Shown piece after piece: positions 1 to 10,951 of a DNA stretch of 64,000 nt. The notes below the pieces were generated by a model. That model ran no database searches. It had not been told where the DNA came from and worked only from the letters and a program-made list of their open reading frames with translations. The translations under genes and the position numbers were made by a program. Position 1 is the stretch's first letter, and the number at the start of each line of letters is the position of its first letter. Origin of the DNA: a virus (taxonomy: Duplodnaviria > Caudoviricetes); IMG/VR virus record IMGVR_UViG_3300031555_004294, positions 1 to 64,000 of that record, one strand, 5' to 3'.

Positions 1-3000
1 ATTAACATCAATTGTGGCAATTTTTGTTCCAGATGTTAAATGTTGAGTGACATTTACAGTGTCACCACCGCCACCTACGCCATCTGGAGAAGGTGCATAG
101 ACATCTGTGGCTGCTGCATCACCTATTTTAATTGTAGCAATCTTAGTACCAGATTTTTGAATCTGATTCCAAGATACTTCAAGATCTTCTAACTTCTCTT
201 GTAGATCTTGTCCGTCTAAAGCAATAGTATTTGCAGTTACAGTAGTAGTATCTAACCCACTAGAGTCAATGGTAGTTCCAATATTTCCACTACCATCTAC
301 AATAGTAAATGAAGTAGAACCAGATACAATTTCTTCAGTAATTTCATCTCTGAAAGTACTAAGATCAACTGTTTTTGTATTGACTGCTGTTACATGACCA
401 TTACCATCTCTAGTAACACTATCGACAGCGGTAAATCTGTCATTGTTACTACTAGATGGTGTCTCGATGTCATCATTATCATCTGCACCCATTGTTATAT
501 CTGGATGCTTAGTTAAGAATGTAGCTCCTTTAGTTGCTGTAATGGTATTACCACTTTGTGAGATAGCAGTAATAGCATTGCCACTACCAGTAATTTTTAC
601 TTCTTTTGCATAGTTGCTATGATTATGAGAATCATCATTTACAGCAATCACACCATTTGTAATGGTTACATCACCACCAGTTTTAACAAGACCTAAATCA
701 GTACCAGCTGGACCAATTGTAAGGCCGTCAATCACAACAGTATCTGCAGTTACAGTAGTAGTTTCAAGACCTTCAGCATCGATTGTAGTTCCAATATTTC
801 CACTACCATCTACAATAGTAAATGAAGTAGAACCAGATACGATTTCCTCAGTAATCTCATCTCTGAAAGTACTAAGACTAACTGTCTTTGTATTAACTTT
901 AGTTACATGTCCATAATTGTCTCTAGTAAGACTATCAAAGGCAGTAAACGTGTCATTATTGCTATTAGATGGTGATACAGTATTACCAGTATCTATATTA
1001 CCTGTTGTAGTGTTTACATCTGGGTGTTCAGTTAGATATTGGCTGTGAGTATGACTATCATTAGCAACAGTAACGTTAATTGATACATTACCAGAACCAT
1101 CAAAAGTGGTAGAACCACTAGCATCTCCAGTTAAAGAAATTGTTCTTGCAGTAGCAAGTTTTGCTGCTTTATCAACAATACCATCATGATTTGTATCATA
1201 AGTAGATTTTAACATCATACCAGTATCTGAATTGCCAATATCAACGCCATTAAGTGAAATAGTATCTGCAGTTACAGTAGTAGTATCCAAACCATTTGCA
1301 TCGATTGTAGTTCCAATATTTCCACTACCATCTACAATCGTAAATGAAGTAGATTCAGATACAATTTCCTCAGTGATTTCATCTCTGAAAGTACTAAGAT
1401 TAACTGTCTTTGTATTAACTTTAGTTACATGACCATTACTGTCTCTAGTAACACTGTCGATAGCAGTAAACGTGTCATTGTTGCTATTAGATGGCGATAC
1501 ATTGCTTGTAGTATCTTGTAAAATAGTTGGATTGGAACCAGCAGTAACGTGCCCATAAGCATTTACAGTTACATTTGTGTAGGTTCCAGCAGTAACACCA
1601 GATTTTGCATGAGACGCTGTATAAGATACACTATTTTCTCCACCTGTACCACTAAGAACAACTACGTCATCATCAGAAGCAGTTGCAGTTATCTTACGAG
1701 TTTTAATCTCAGTATCTAACTCATCAATCATGTCAATGATACTTTCACCATTAAGCTGTATATCGGTAGTAGCATTAACAACAGTGGTATTTAACCCATT
1801 TTCATCAACTCGTGCTACAATATTGCCAGATCCATCAGCTACAATCCATTCATCAGATTCAGATACAATTTCTTCACGTAGATTATCTAAATCAGTGTTA
1901 TGTTTAGTCGTCAGACTAGTAATTGCTTCATCTACATAAGAAGTAGTAGCATGATTAGTAGGTAGATTTGTTAGATCATTGTAGCTACCAGAGAAGTCAG
2001 ATTTAGCATTCCATGCAGTTCTTTCTGCAGCAGTAATATGCAATTTGTCAGTTCTATTATCAGACTCTTCAGTATGTGTATCAATTTCAGTTCTTAACTC
2101 ATCGATTGTATCAGCAACATTTGTATCATCGATAAATACTTTCTTTGCAACTACAGTAGTAGTTTCTAAACCTACTTCAGGATTTCCATTACTACCATTT
2201 ACACTAGTTTCACCTACTTTTGCAATTATATTGCCAGATCCATCAGCTACAATCCATTCATCAGATTCAGATACAATTTCTTCACGCAGATTATCTAAAT
2301 CAGTATTGTGTTGAGTGGTTAAGTCAGTAATTACTTCATCTATTTTCTCATTGATTAAAGCATACAGACCAGTAGCATCTTTAGTAGAAGTCTTAGGATC
2401 ACCTATTTCAGTAGATAAATCACTGATCATGGTAACTACATTAGTACCTTCAGCAACATCACCAATCTTATTGTCTAGATTGTCAGTAAGATCGCTAACC
2501 ATACTAACTACATCGTCATAATCATCTGGAACGGTACCGATTTTAGTATTTATAGCATCAATTTCTGTTTGAACATCTTTACTACCAATAAACACTTTTT
2601 GTGCAACAACGTTAGTAGTTTCTAAACCTACTTCAGGGTTATTGTTTTCATCTACTACACTTGTTTCGCCTACTTTAAGAACGACATTACCATTATTATC
2701 TGTAACTAGTAGTTCAGTATCACTATCAGTAGCTGAGATATTACCTATAGTAGTTTTCTCATCATTTGTTAAATGGATATTACCATTCTCAGTATGAGTA
2801 CTTAAGTTAGTAGCTACCTCATTAAGTTCGTCTTTTGATGCTTTACTATCAAGACCAGTAGTTGCATGGTTAACTTTATTCTCCAGTGTAGTAATACGTT
2901 GACCTTCAGCAGTAATGTCACCAAATTCAACGAATTTACCATTGACAAATACCCATTCTTCTTCACCAACAGCAATTACATCACCATTATCATAAACAGA

Positions 3001-3870
3001 TAGGTCATCACCATTTTCAGCAGTGGGTACCTTATCCATAACATCAATAAAGTGCATGGCACCATTTACACCAGTGATTAACTGTTGTAGTTCATCTATA
3101 TTTTCAACAATATCTTCTCCACCAACGAATAACTTCTTTGCAACAACAGTAGTAATTTCTAAACCTACTTCAGGATTTCCACTACTATTGTTTACACTTG
3201 TTTCGCCTACTTTCATGACGATATTACCATTGTTATCAGTAACTAGTAGTTCAGTATCACTATCACTAGCTGAGATATTACTAAGGGTAGTCTTTTCATC
3301 ATCTGTAACATGAAGAGTATCTGTATTTTGTACGTGTTCAACAAAAGCAACATCTAAAACATCAATAGTAGTATCTAGTTCATCAATTCTAGTAACAATA
3401 CTTTCACCGTGAACCTTTACATCAGTAGTGTTGACACCATTCTCATCAACTCTGAAAACAATGTTACCAGCTTCATCAGTAATTTCTAGTTTTTTATCAT
3501 CACCATCAGATCTAATAGTACCTATGGTAGTTTTTTCATCATTTGTAAGGTGAATATCTGTATTTTCAGTATGAGTAGATAAGTTAGTTGCTACAGTATC
3601 TACTTGAGTAATAGTAGCGTGGTCTGTAGGAAGATTAGTTAAATCATTGTAGTTACCAGAAAAATCTGATTTAGCGTTCCACTTATTTTTATCAGCTTCT
3701 GTAACGTGAATATCTGTATCATCTATATGCTCATCGACAGTAGTATTTAAAACATCTAAATCGTCATTACTAGCTGGTGTATAACCTAGTGCTGTAGTGA
3801 CTTTTTCTTTTGTTATTGATTGTCCTGAAAGTTTCTTTAATTTACCTTCAAGTTGAATATTTACACTCAT
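1..3870 (-). CDS. Large repeat-rich tail-fibre-like protein, runs off the window start (absent from ORF track)
   Basis: ATG at 3870 with AAAGGAGG upstream; frame begins MSVNIQLEGKLKKLSGQSIT; ~515-nt internal repeats near 270, 785 and 1305; shares AMHF..GDVI.VG.EE.VF.NG.F.EFGD and ATGLYALI modules with 7021..9939. Continuity of the frame was not checked codon by codon. Confidence 0.75.
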   Translation of the reverse strand, partial: MSVNIQLEGKLKKLSGQSITKEKVTTALGYTPASNDDLDVLNTTVDEHIDDTDIHVTEADKNKWNAKSDFSGNYNDLTNLPTDHATITQVDTVATNLSTHTENTDIHLTNDEKTTIGTIRSDGDDKKLEITDEAGNIVFRVDENGVNTTDVKVHGESIVTRIDELDTTIDVLDVAFVEHVQNTDTLHVTDDEKTTLSNISASDSDTELLVTDNNGNIVMKVGETSVNNSSGNPEVGLEITTVVAKKLFVGGEDIVENIDELQQLITGVNGAMHFIDVMDKVPTAENGDDLSVYDNGDVIAVGEEEWVFVNGKFVEFGDITAEGQRITTLENKVNHATTGLDSKASKDELNEVATNLSTHTENGNIHLTNDEKTTIGNISATDSDTELLVTDNNGNVVLKVGETSVVDENNNPEVGLETTNVVAQKVFIGSKDVQTEIDAINTKIGTVPDDYDDVVSMVSDLTDNLDNKIGDVAEGTNVVTMISDLSTEIGDPKTSTKDATGLYALINEKIDEVITDLTTQHNTDLDNLREEIVSESDEWIVADGSGNIIAKVGETSVNGSNGNPEVGLETTTVVAKKVFIDDTNVADTIDELRTEIDTHTEESDNRTDKLHITAAERTAWNAKSDFSGSYNDLTNLPTNHATTSYVDEAITSLTTKHNTDLDNLREEIVSESDEWIVADGSGNIVARVDENGLNTTVVNATTDIQLNGESIIDMIDELDTEIKTRKITATASDDDVVVLSGTGGENSVSYTASHAKSGVTAGTYTNVTVNAYGHVTAGSNPTILQDTTSNVSPSNSNNDTFTAIDSVTRDSNGHVTKVNTKTVNLSTFRDEITEEIVSESTSFTIVDGSGNIGTTIDANGLDTTTVTADTISLNGVDIGNSDTGMMLKSTYDTNHDGIVDKAAKLATARTISLTGDASGSTTFDGSGNVSINVTVANDSHTHSQYLTEHPDVNTTTGNIDTGNTVSPSNSNNDTFTAFDSLTRDNYGHVTKVNTKTVSLSTFRDEITEEIVSGSTSFTIVDGSGNIGTTIDAEGLETTTVTADTVVIDGLTIGPAGTDLGLVKTGGDVTITNGVIAVNDDSHNHSNYAKEVKITGSGNAITAISQSGNTITATKGATFLTKHPDITMGADDNDDIETPSSSNNDRFTAVDSVTRDGNGHVTAVNTKTVDLSTFRDEITEEIVSGSTSFTIVDGSGNIGTTIDSSGLDTTTVTANTIALDGQDLQEKLEDLEVSWNQIQKSGTKIATIKIGDAAATDVYAPSPDGVGGGGDTVNVTQHLTSGTKIATIDVN

Positions 3871-3933
3871 TTTTTGAAATTACCTCCTTTCAAATTTTTA
3901 AATAGAGAAATTTCTTTTTTCTATATTTTTGTA

Positions 3934-3965
3934 AAAAGCTATAGGAATATGATTTCCTATAGCTT
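3934..3965 (-). terminator. Intrinsic terminator-like hairpin
   Basis: AAGCTATAGGAA..TTCCTATAGCTT inverted repeat with a U-tract on the minus strand. Confidence 0.55.
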
Positions 3966-4216
3966 AAGGAATTTTCTTTTTTTTAGGAAGTGAATCTATT
4001 GAATGACAAAAGAGAAATTTTTAGATTCAATAGATTCACTTTTTGTTTAGTATAAAGATACTAACTAGAGAATTTTTAATAGGAGAATGAACACATTGAA
4101 GTGTAAAAGAAGTATTACTATTTCTTTTTTAACTTTACCTCTGATTTCCAAAAGAGCAGTGGCAGTTTGAATTTAAACTCAATGAGTTCACCTCCTATAA
4201 AATTATTTATTCTTAA

Positions 4217-5842
4217 TTAAATAATCCAAATAGATGGGTCTGTTGAATCTAAATAGGCAGAAGGATCAGTGGCGTCAACAGTTAAATCAAACTCGGCTTC
4301 GTCCTCTTTACGAATAGAGATGCCAATAGCTTCTTCTCCGTTTCCAATATAAGTTTCTGTTTTCCATCCATCTGGGCATCTATTTCCATTTGTAGGGTCA
4401 TCAACATTAACATCATAGAAAATACCTAAATCATACCCCATCTTAGGAGAAATAACCACGTTATTTGGAATAACGATAGTAATAGGGTTAATACTTAATC
4501 TCTTTTTGCTTGTAGCTGTAGTTGCAGCATAGGCAGAACCTACTGTTACAGTATATTTCTTAATAACCTTAATATTGAAATTTCCTTGATGATTTCCATC
4601 TTGTGTAGCAACAGAAATAGTTGCACTTCCTTCTGCTAAACCTTTAACAATACAATTTAATCCATTTGGTTCAATTGATACGTAACTATCTCCACTATTT
4701 ATTGACCAAGTAACATTTTGATTTGTAGATGTAACTGGTTGAAGTTTAGCCGTTAAAGTAACTGAACCGTTAACACTTACGCTATCTTCTGAAGATATTA
4801 TTGATACTGCGCTTACAGGGATTGATTGATTTGTAACAGTTAAAGCACACTGAGCAGTGTAACTTCCATCACTTGTTTTCGCTTCTATAATAGCAGTGCC
4901 ATTAGCTAAACCAGTAACTGTACATACATTTTTATTACTTGAAATAGATATATTAGTATTTCCAGATTTAATTTCCCAACTAATATTTTGATTAGTAGCA
5001 TTTGATGGTAATATTGAGGCAGTTATTGCAATGGTTTGATTTATTTGCAACGGTGAGCTTGTTACATCCAATTCAACACCAGTAACGGGAATTGTTACTA
5101 TGGTTTCATGATTAGCGTAAACATTTAACCATTTTTGTAATAAATAAGCCATTTTCTTATGTCCTGCCTCATTTGGATGGATTCCATCTGGCATATATAA
5201 ATCACGAATAACTGATAGCTTTGGATAAAATCCTACGTCATTGAAAAAATCAACTACTGGAACAGAATATCTAGTACACACTTCTTTTATAGCATCTACA
5301 TAGTCTTTTAACACATAACCACTGGCATTTTTACTTTCTTCATCCACGTTTTTATAATATCTATGCATAGGAGTTATATAAACGAGACGAGAATTTGGAT
5401 GAGCTTCAATAATGCCCGGAATAATTACATTTAATGCTCCATAAAATGATATATCTCCAACATCTGTAATAGTACCCAATGGTGTTCCGTGTCCGTAATC
5501 ATTAGTTCCTATAAATAATGTAATTAAATCAGCATCAGGAATATTTTGCCAGCGATTAATTAATGGTTCTCTATCTGTTCCATAGTCTGATTTAGCACTT
5601 ACACATGAACCAGAAACACCCATGCCAATTACTTTACCTAATTTCAAAATTTCTTCAAGCATTTGCCAATATATTTTAGTTGTACCAACACCATGAGTAA
5701 TACTATCACCAACACAAACAGCAGTCTTACCTTCCCAGAAACTAAAATCTTTATACGCATTAAGAATGCCATTTTCCATGGCATTCAAATGCGCTGCTGT
5801 TAGTGTTTGTCCATTATTAAAATTTTGTTTGGTATAAGACAT
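4217..5842 (-). CDS. SGNH/GDSL hydrolase with two Ig-like (Big_2-type) domains
   Basis: GDSIT, G.SGS, GTND and DGIHPN blocks; two PV..V.....LTA...P.NATNQN..W Ig-like repeats. Confidence 0.85.
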   Translation of the reverse strand: MSYTKQNFNNGQTLTAAHLNAMENGILNAYKDFSFWEGKTAVCVGDSITHGVGTTKIYWQMLEEILKLGKVIGMGVSGSCVSAKSDYGTDREPLINRWQNIPDADLITLFIGTNDYGHGTPLGTITDVGDISFYGALNVIIPGIIEAHPNSRLVYITPMHRYYKNVDEESKNASGYVLKDYVDAIKEVCTRYSVPVVDFFNDVGFYPKLSVIRDLYMPDGIHPNEAGHKKMAYLLQKWLNVYANHETIVTIPVTGVELDVTSSPLQINQTIAITASILPSNATNQNISWEIKSGNTNISISSNKNVCTVTGLANGTAIIEAKTSDGSYTAQCALTVTNQSIPVSAVSIISSEDSVSVNGSVTLTAKLQPVTSTNQNVTWSINSGDSYVSIEPNGLNCIVKGLAEGSATISVATQDGNHQGNFNIKVIKKYTVTVGSAYAATTATSKKRLSINPITIVIPNNVVISPKMGYDLGIFYDVNVDDPTNGNRCPDGWKTETYIGNGEEAIGISIRKEDEAEFDLTVDATDPSAYLDSTDPSIWII

Positions 5843-5855
5843 ATATTCTGCCTCC

Positions 5856-6947
5856 TTACTTTACTTCCCAAATAGAAATATCAGTAGAATCTAAATAATC
5901 ACCAATAAATGTGCTTTCAGTGGCAAAATCAAAATTGTTGTTATCTGTTTTCCTTATGCAGATACCAACTTCACTACCGTCTCCTGTGTAAGCTTCACTA
6001 GACCAAGCAGTAAATGTTGCTTCTGGAGTTGGAATATCATACTTATTTAAACCAGACCATACAGAAATCTGATAACCACTCTTAGGAGTAATAACTACGC
6101 CAGAAGGAACAACGATGGTGTAAGGATCATGTGTTGCACGATTTTGCATCTGGTTGGATGAAGCAGAATCATCAAACCAGTTACCAGCATATAAAGTATA
6201 CTGAGTAGGCACAACTTCTTCTTTAACTTCCCAAATTGAAGTATCGGTAGCGTCAACGAAATCAGAAATTGGTTTACCAAAGTCACTATCACTAAAATCA
6301 CTATCGTCTGATTTCTTAATACTTAAACCGATAGTTGTAACACCATTACCAGTCCACTCTGTTAATTTCCATCCATCTGGACATCTAAATCCATTTGTAG
6401 GGTCATCTGGGTTAACAGCATAGAAAATACCAATCTTATATCCATCTTTTGGTGTAATTGTTACACCATTAGGAATCTTAATAGTGACAGGATTAATAGA
6501 TGCTCTATTAGCTGAGCTTGCTGTAGATGCAGCATAGGCAGATCCTTTTGTAACAGTATATACAGTAGTAGGCTGTTCAGAAGTATCGGGTTCAACAACC
6601 TCACCACTGCCTTCTTCACCAGTAGAAGTATTCTTAGTAGGAACGTTAATTGTAACATTACCAGTAACAGATGCAATAGCAATAGTAATTGTATTACCAT
6701 TTGTAGTAACAGCAGTACTAGTTATATCACCACTTCCAACCATAGTAACAGTTACACCAGCGGTACCAATTTCATAACCATCCTTAAGAGTTACAGTTGC
6801 ATTAAGAGCAGCACCTTTAGTTACGGAAGAAGGAATAGTATTACTATCTACACCACTTCCTAAAGCCTTAGAAATACTCCAAGTTGTTAATGTGGCAATA
6901 TGCTTACCTTCGCCACTAAAATCGGCACCTTTTAACTTAATAATCAT
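5856..6947 (-). CDS. Putative virion/fibre accessory protein
   Basis: 363 aa, beta-rich; two copies of a domain also found at the C-terminus of 4217..5842 (DDPTNG.RCPDGWK). Confidence 0.6.
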   Translation of the reverse strand: MIIKLKGADFSGEGKHIATLTTWSISKALGSGVDSNTIPSSVTKGAALNATVTLKDGYEIGTAGVTVTMVGSGDITSTAVTTNGNTITIAIASVTGNVTINVPTKNTSTGEEGSGEVVEPDTSEQPTTVYTVTKGSAYAASTASSANRASINPVTIKIPNGVTITPKDGYKIGIFYAVNPDDPTNGFRCPDGWKLTEWTGNGVTTIGLSIKKSDDSDFSDSDFGKPISDFVDATDTSIWEVKEEVVPTQYTLYAGNWFDDSASSNQMQNRATHDPYTIVVPSGVVITPKSGYQISVWSGLNKYDIPTPEATFTAWSSEAYTGDGSEVGICIRKTDNNNFDFATESTFIGDYLDSTDISIWEVK

Positions 6948-7020
6948 ATAGAGTTTCCTCCTTTTATCTATTTTTATTTTTTGTTGTTGTTTTCATTTTA
7001 TATAAAAATTTAGGATTACA

Positions 7021-9939
7021 TCATCCTAGAACCATATATCCTAGAACACCAGTACCTAAGATAGAAGACGTTTTATCTCCACTAGGAATATCTCCACTAG
7101 GAATATCGCCGCCAGAAGTAATGTCATCATCTTCCTCATCAGTAATCACTACTATAGTACCAACTGGAATTTGATTAGCTGCATATGCAGTATCATATTC
7201 AGCTCTAGTACCAACCCATGTAGTATTAAATGATCCAGTAGTTCCATCACCTTTAGTGAAAGAAATTAAAGAACCAAGTATTGTTAGTTCCTTTATATAC
7301 TCTTCAATTTTAGTTTTTAATACATCTACTTGATCGGCTACATAAGATAAAGCAGCTTTCTCATCAATTAATGCATGTAATCCAGTAGATGCGGTTTTTA
7401 ATACAGTAGAAGTTTCACCAGTAGTTTCATCTTCAACTGTCTCATAAACTGCTGCATTACCAACAGTAGTCTTTAGATCAGTAACATCTTGAACTAAACC
7501 ACTACTAGAACTACCAACAGTAGTCTTTAAAGCAGATACATCAGCAACTAAACCGCTATCTTCATTACCAACAGTAGTAGCTAGCTCATCTAAGTCATCC
7601 TGATCAGCTTTTTCATCGATTAGTGAATACAAACCAGATGCTGGAGTTTTTAGTACAGTAGAAGTCTCGCCAGTAGATTCATCTTCAACTGTCTCATATT
7701 CAGCTGCGTTACCAACTTCATCAGAAAGATTAGCTAAGCCAGTCTTATTCTCATCAATTAGAGCATACAGACCAGTAGATGCTTTAGTAACATTACCTTC
7801 ATCATCAGTAACAGCTGCTTCACCAATTTCTTCACCTATGTTAGTAGCTAGTTCATCTAAATCATCATGATCAGGTTTAGCATCAATCAGAGCATACAGA
7901 CCAGTAGCTTCTTTATCTACTACAGTTTCAGTAGTAGTTTCACCAGTTTCTTCATCTGTAACTTCGACTATCTTATAAGTAGTAGGATCACCTACTTCAA
8001 GAGATAAATTATTAAAATCATCTTGATTAGCTTTAGCATCAATTAGAGCATACAAACCAGTAGAAGCAACAGGTTCACCATCTGCATCAGTATGAGCAGT
8101 TTCACCTATTTCAGTTTTGATTTCATCTACATCATCTTGATCAGCTTTCTCATCGATTAATTCATACAGACCAGTAGATGGAGTAATAACATTACCATCT
8201 TCATCAGTAACAGCTGAATCACCTATTTCTTCAGATAAGTTGTCAATTAATGCGTAAATACCAGTAGAATGGACAAGTACATGATTCTCGTCAATATATG
8301 CAGGAGTACCTACTTCAGTTTGATCGGCTTTAGCATCAATTAGAGCATAGATACCAGTAGATGCAACAGTATCACCATTTCCATCAGTATGAGTAGCTTT
8401 ACCTATTTCAGTTTTGATTTCATCTACATCATCTTGATCAGCTTTCTCATCGACCAATGCGTAAATACCAGTAGAAGCAGTTTTTAATGTAGTTTCACCA
8501 GTAGTTTCATCTGTCTCATAAACTGCAGCATCACCAATTTCAGAGGATAAGTTATTTATTTCAGTCTGGTTAGCATCAATCAAAGCATAGATACCAGTAG
8601 CAGCCTTAGTAACGTTACCTTCTGCATCAGTAACTTTAGGATCACCAATTTCATCACCCAAAGTAGTAGCTAAGACATCAAGATCTTCATGATCAGGTTT
8701 AGCATCAATCAGAGCATACAGACCAGTAGATGAAGTAATAATATTTCCTTCATTATCGGTAACTGCAGGATTACCTACTTCTTCAGAAAGGTCGTCAATT
8801 AATGCATGTAAACCAGTAGATGCAATAGGGTTACCATCCTCATCAGTAGATTTAGGATCACCTATTTCTCTAGAAAGATTACCGATCATACTAGCTACAT
8901 CGGTATCTTCAGGGATTTCACCAATTTTAGTACTTAAAGTGTCTAAATCACCTGTATTAGCTTTAGCATCGATTAAAGCATACAAACCAGATGCAGGTAT
9001 CTTTACAGTAGAAGTTTCACCAGTAATTTCATCTTCAACTGTTTTTTCAGATTCAGCACTACCAACTGCAGTTTCTAAAGCAGAAATACGATTACCTTCA
9101 GCAGAAACATCACCAAACTCAATAAATGTACCATTGCTAAAGACGTATTCTTTCTCACCAACAACGATTACGTCACCATTGTTATAGTCACTTAGTCCAG
9201 TAGTAGGTACTTCACTCTTAACACCAACAAAGTGCATAGCACCAGATAAACCATCAATTTGTTCTTCAAGAGTACCAATACGTATAGTATGAGTATCTAC
9301 TTCAATCTGAGATGCCTTATTGTCAATCAGAGCATACAAACCAGTAGCAGGAGTTTTTAATACAGTAGAAGTTTCACCAGTAGATTCATCTTCAACTTCT
9401 TCATATTCAGCTGCATTACCAACAGCAGTCTGTAAACCAGCTACATTTTTAACTAAGCCACTAGTAGCATTACCAACAGCAGTCTGTAAACCAGCTACAT
9501 CTTTAACTAGACCAGAATCTTCATCACCAATAGTAGTAGCTAGTTCATCTAAGTCGTCCTGATCAGCTTTTTCATCGATTAAAGCATACAAACCAGTAGC
9601 TTCTTCAGTAACATTACCTTCATCATCAGTAACTTTAGGATTACCGATTTCATCAGTTATCTCACTTAAATCAACTTCACCAATCTTTTCGTCAATCAGA
9701 GCATAGATACCAGTAGCTTCTTCAATAACATTACCATTTTCATCAGTAACTTCAGGTTTACCGATCATACTAACTACATCAGTATCTTCTGGTACAGTAC
9801 CAATTTTAGTATGCAATTCATCAAGTGCTTCATTTAATCTTTGTTCGTCAGAAACATAAATATCTTTTGCTTCTGCAATAGGGAAGTCATTTCTTGGATA
9901 GAAACCTGAGTTAACAGGTACACCACCTTTAAACGCCAT
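7021..9939 (-). CDS. Acidic repeat-rich fibre protein
   Basis: More than ten (A/S)TG(L/I)(Y/H)ALID repeats alternating with short coiled-coil segments. Confidence 0.7.
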   Translation of the reverse strand: MAFKGGVPVNSGFYPRNDFPIAEAKDIYVSDEQRLNEALDELHTKIGTVPEDTDVVSMIGKPEVTDENGNVIEEATGIYALIDEKIGEVDLSEITDEIGNPKVTDDEGNVTEEATGLYALIDEKADQDDLDELATTIGDEDSGLVKDVAGLQTAVGNATSGLVKNVAGLQTAVGNAAEYEEVEDESTGETSTVLKTPATGLYALIDNKASQIEVDTHTIRIGTLEEQIDGLSGAMHFVGVKSEVPTTGLSDYNNGDVIVVGEKEYVFSNGTFIEFGDVSAEGNRISALETAVGSAESEKTVEDEITGETSTVKIPASGLYALIDAKANTGDLDTLSTKIGEIPEDTDVASMIGNLSREIGDPKSTDEDGNPIASTGLHALIDDLSEEVGNPAVTDNEGNIITSSTGLYALIDAKPDHEDLDVLATTLGDEIGDPKVTDAEGNVTKAATGIYALIDANQTEINNLSSEIGDAAVYETDETTGETTLKTASTGIYALVDEKADQDDVDEIKTEIGKATHTDGNGDTVASTGIYALIDAKADQTEVGTPAYIDENHVLVHSTGIYALIDNLSEEIGDSAVTDEDGNVITPSTGLYELIDEKADQDDVDEIKTEIGETAHTDADGEPVASTGLYALIDAKANQDDFNNLSLEVGDPTTYKIVEVTDEETGETTTETVVDKEATGLYALIDAKPDHDDLDELATNIGEEIGEAAVTDDEGNVTKASTGLYALIDENKTGLANLSDEVGNAAEYETVEDESTGETSTVLKTPASGLYSLIDEKADQDDLDELATTVGNEDSGLVADVSALKTTVGSSSSGLVQDVTDLKTTVGNAAVYETVEDETTGETSTVLKTASTGLHALIDEKAALSYVADQVDVLKTKIEEYIKELTILGSLISFTKGDGTTGSFNTTWVGTRAEYDTAYAANQIPVGTIVVITDEEDDDITSGGDIPSGDIPSGDKTSSILGTGVLGYMVLG

Positions 9940-9963
9940 AGTTCATTATTCCTCCCCTCTTTA

Positions 9964-10854
9964 TTAAGATACCTTGACATTTATGCTGCCAAGGCCAGCA
10001 TAGTCAGATCTATAAACATAGTATTTTTCTGTGTAATTAGATGCATTCGTAACATCAATAGTAGCAACTAAAGATAAACCAGCACCTAATCCAGTCTCAA
10101 TATCAGTAAAGGAGCATGCACCTAAACGAGTAGGTACACAATACCAGAGATATTGACCATTACCTGCATTATATGCTACCTTACTATTAGTTCTAGAGCC
10201 AGCTAATTTCTTTGTAGCAAGGCTATTAACGAAATCGCTATTAACTTCATCTGGCTGTGCAGCCACACCATAACAAACACGATTGTAGAAATATACAGAT
10301 GTTTCTTTATTGTCAGTAGCTCCTTTATTGTCAGTAACTACCAGCTTATATTTCTTAGTAGCAGTTAAAGGTGACTCAGCACTATAAGTATAGGTATGAG
10401 ATGTTAGAGTTTTTTCAATAGTAGTACCATCTAATGTTAAAGTTGTAGGAGTCTTACTAGTCGTCCAGTTTAAAGTAACTGAAGTTAGTTTAGTACCCAT
10501 TTCAACAGTTCCAGTTGTATTAGTAAAACTAGAAATAGTGATAGGTACATACTCTAGTTCTTCTAATCTAGTTTTAATCTCATCGAGAGCTTCACCAACT
10601 ACACTTGCATCAGCAGCTTGACCAGAATTAGCTAATGTATTATCAACTGCGACACCTTCATGGCAGAATAGTAACTCTTTAAGTGTTTTACCATTACTAC
10701 CTACCTTCATACGAGGTTGACTATGTGTATCATCAACTGCATAAATAATAATCTCACCAGACTTTGGTACAAAACTCTCTTCAATAGTTTTCCAGTTTGC
10801 TTCAGTATCGTACAAATGTTGTATTCTAGCTTGTAAGATTTGTTCTTCAGCCAT
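9964..10854 (-). CDS. Fibre-associated protein with Mtd-N-like N-terminus
   Basis: DTEANW....FVPKSGEIIIY......RMKVG pattern. Confidence 0.6.
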   Translation of the reverse strand: MAEEQILQARIQHLYDTEANWKTIEESFVPKSGEIIIYAVDDTHSQPRMKVGSNGKTLKELLFCHEGVAVDNTLANSGQAADASVVGEALDEIKTRLEELEYVPITISSFTNTTGTVEMGTKLTSVTLNWTTSKTPTTLTLDGTTIEKTLTSHTYTYSAESPLTATKKYKLVVTDNKGATDNKETSVYFYNRVCYGVAAQPDEVNSDFVNSLATKKLAGSRTNSKVAYNAGNGQYLWYCVPTRLGACSFTDIETGLGAGLSLVATIDVTNASNYTEKYYVYRSDYAGLGSINVKVS

Positions 10855-10951
10855 ACTTATAAGTCAACTCCTTTCATTTGTTATTTTTGCAAAAATATTT
10901 AAGAAAAGGGACGAACCAATTGTTTTAGGTTCGCCCCCATAATTTTTTAAT

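Noticed and set aside
662-3313. Six plus-strand ORFs with repeated V/S/T-rich text
   Set aside because: Antisense shadows of the large minus-strand fibre gene; no RBS
270-9800. Direct repeats as a possible CRISPR array or DGR template/variable repeats
   Set aside because: They are long, in-frame coding repeats without repeat-spacer periodicity; I saw no adenine-specific mismatch pattern and no reverse transcriptase in the window
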